Positions 63,373-64,000 of a stretch of 64,000 nt of DNA are shown one piece after another (positions within the stretch are counted from its first letter, which is position 1; every line of letters starts with the position of its first letter). The notes under the pieces were generated by a model that did not search any database, was not told where the DNA came from, and saw only the letters and a list, made by a program, of their open reading frames with translations. Made by a program: the position numbers and the translations under genes. This DNA comes from an uncultured Pseudomonadota bacterium. Lineage in GTDB: Bacteria; Myxococcota_A; Polyangia; Fen-1088. The stretch lies in NCBI GenBank assembly GCA_963831685.1, contig CAWHRJ010000014.1:94612-158611 (forward strand). Direction: 5' to 3'.

Positions 63373-64000
63373 ATGCAAAAAAAGGCGCGCGGGGCTTCGC
63401 TGGTGGTGGCGGTGCTGGTGGCGGGGTGTGGGTCGGTGTCGAACAACCATCCGACGCCGGTGCTGGTGCCGGGGGGCGGGATCGGCGGCGGGGCGATCGA
63501 GGGCTACCTGAACGTCTACGTCATCGACACCGACACGAACGCGGGGATTTCCGGGGCGGCGGTCCAGGTGGCCGCGGGGTCGGCGTCGCCCTGCACGGTG
63601 CTGACCGACTCGACCGGCCTCGCGACGTTCGATCCCATGAGCTGCGCGGGCCTGCGCGGTGCGGTCACGCTCACCGCCTCCGCGACGGCGTACGCGCCCA
63701 GCACCTGGATCGGCGCCAACGGCGCCAACATGACGATCAACCTCCAGGCGACGACGCGCCCGATGCCTGACACGGCGATGGTGAGCGGCACGATCGCCGG
63801 GTGGGAGAGCCTGCCGGCGCCGGCCAGCGGTCACACGACCATTGCGCTCGTCGGCGCCTCGCAGACGCCCAATCTGGGCGATCTGGCGAACAACATCACG
63901 CAACCGATGCGCAACATTTCAATCGCGTCGACGGCCCTGACCACCTCGATTCCCGCCAACGCCTGCGTCAAGAACGCGCTGGTCGACGACTGCAACTGGC
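63373..64000 (+). CDS. Lipoprotein with a carboxypeptidase-regulatory-like domain (3' partial, runs off the window)
   Basis: MQKKARGASLVVAVLVAGC lipobox. Open frame to the window end. Not in the supplied ORF track because no stop is reached. Confidence 0.45.
   Translation, partial: MQKKARGASLVVAVLVAGCGSVSNNHPTPVLVPGGGIGGGAIEGYLNVYVIDTDTNAGISGAAVQVAAGSASPCTVLTDSTGLATFDPMSCAGLRGAVTLTASATAYAPSTWIGANGANMTINLQATTRPMPDTAMVSGTIAGWESLPAPASGHTTIALVGASQTPNLGDLANNITQPMRNISIASTALTTSIPANACVKNALVDDCNW

Noticed and set aside
63217-63903. Minus-strand ORFs (63217..63903, 63516..63791) at the window end
   Set aside because: The plus-strand frame encodes a convincing lipoprotein signal peptide and domain, so the minus-strand ORFs are likely antisense artefacts.

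Overview
This is a 64-kb, roughly 70% GC chromosomal segment that almost certainly comes from a myxobacterium (Myxococcota). The evidence is in the sequence: several proteins carry the Myxococcales-specific Cys-rich 'CGDG..E.CDDGN..GDGCS..C' repeat, one carries a MYXO-CTERM-like sorting tail, and many lipoproteins have Gly/Ser/Thr-rich linkers.

Housekeeping genes present:
- Divergent thrA (bifunctional aspartokinase/homoserine dehydrogenase) and thrC.
- gltB and gltD (glutamate synthase).
- The minC, minD, minE operon.
- A FucP-type MFS permease and ilvD.
- An ilvY-like LysR regulator divergent from a class II ilvC.
- uvrA.
- A tRNA(CAU), then a COG1579 zinc-ribbon gene, then rnpB (RNase P RNA, type A).

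Accessory content:
- Four toxin-antitoxin modules: a FitB/VapC-like PIN toxin at the window edge, an MNT-HEPN pair, and two vapBC pairs.
- A REP-associated tyrosine transposase (RAYT / IS200-like HUH Y1) flanked by inverted REP-like motifs and carrying in-frame micro-tandem repeats.
- A five-gene, translationally coupled operon: ABC ATPase, two FtsX permeases, a LolA-fold protein and an outer-membrane protein.
- An FHA/sigma-54 activator, two ECF sigma factors and an M16 peptidase pair.
- A cluster of secreted lipoproteins.
- A glycosylation neighbourhood: a UDP-galactopyranose-mutase-like flavoenzyme, a GT2 Dpm1-like polyprenyl-phosphate sugar synthase, a GT-C (GT39/ArnT-like) transferase and a co-operonic PilZ protein.

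Most interesting observations:
- The self-contained Lol-like trans-envelope operon.
- The candidate lipid-linked furanosylation locus, possibly under c-di-GMP control.
- A vapBC cassette inserted at the 3' end of uvrA with an exact 65-bp duplication of the uvrA terminus.
- The REP-bounded RAYT element.
- A two-copy structured intergenic repeat.

Several conserved genes (gltB, gltD, ilvY, ilvC, minC, the GT39 gene and one lipoprotein gene) are broken by clustered single-base frameshifts. These look more like local sequence-quality problems than biology, but this needs read-level confirmation.
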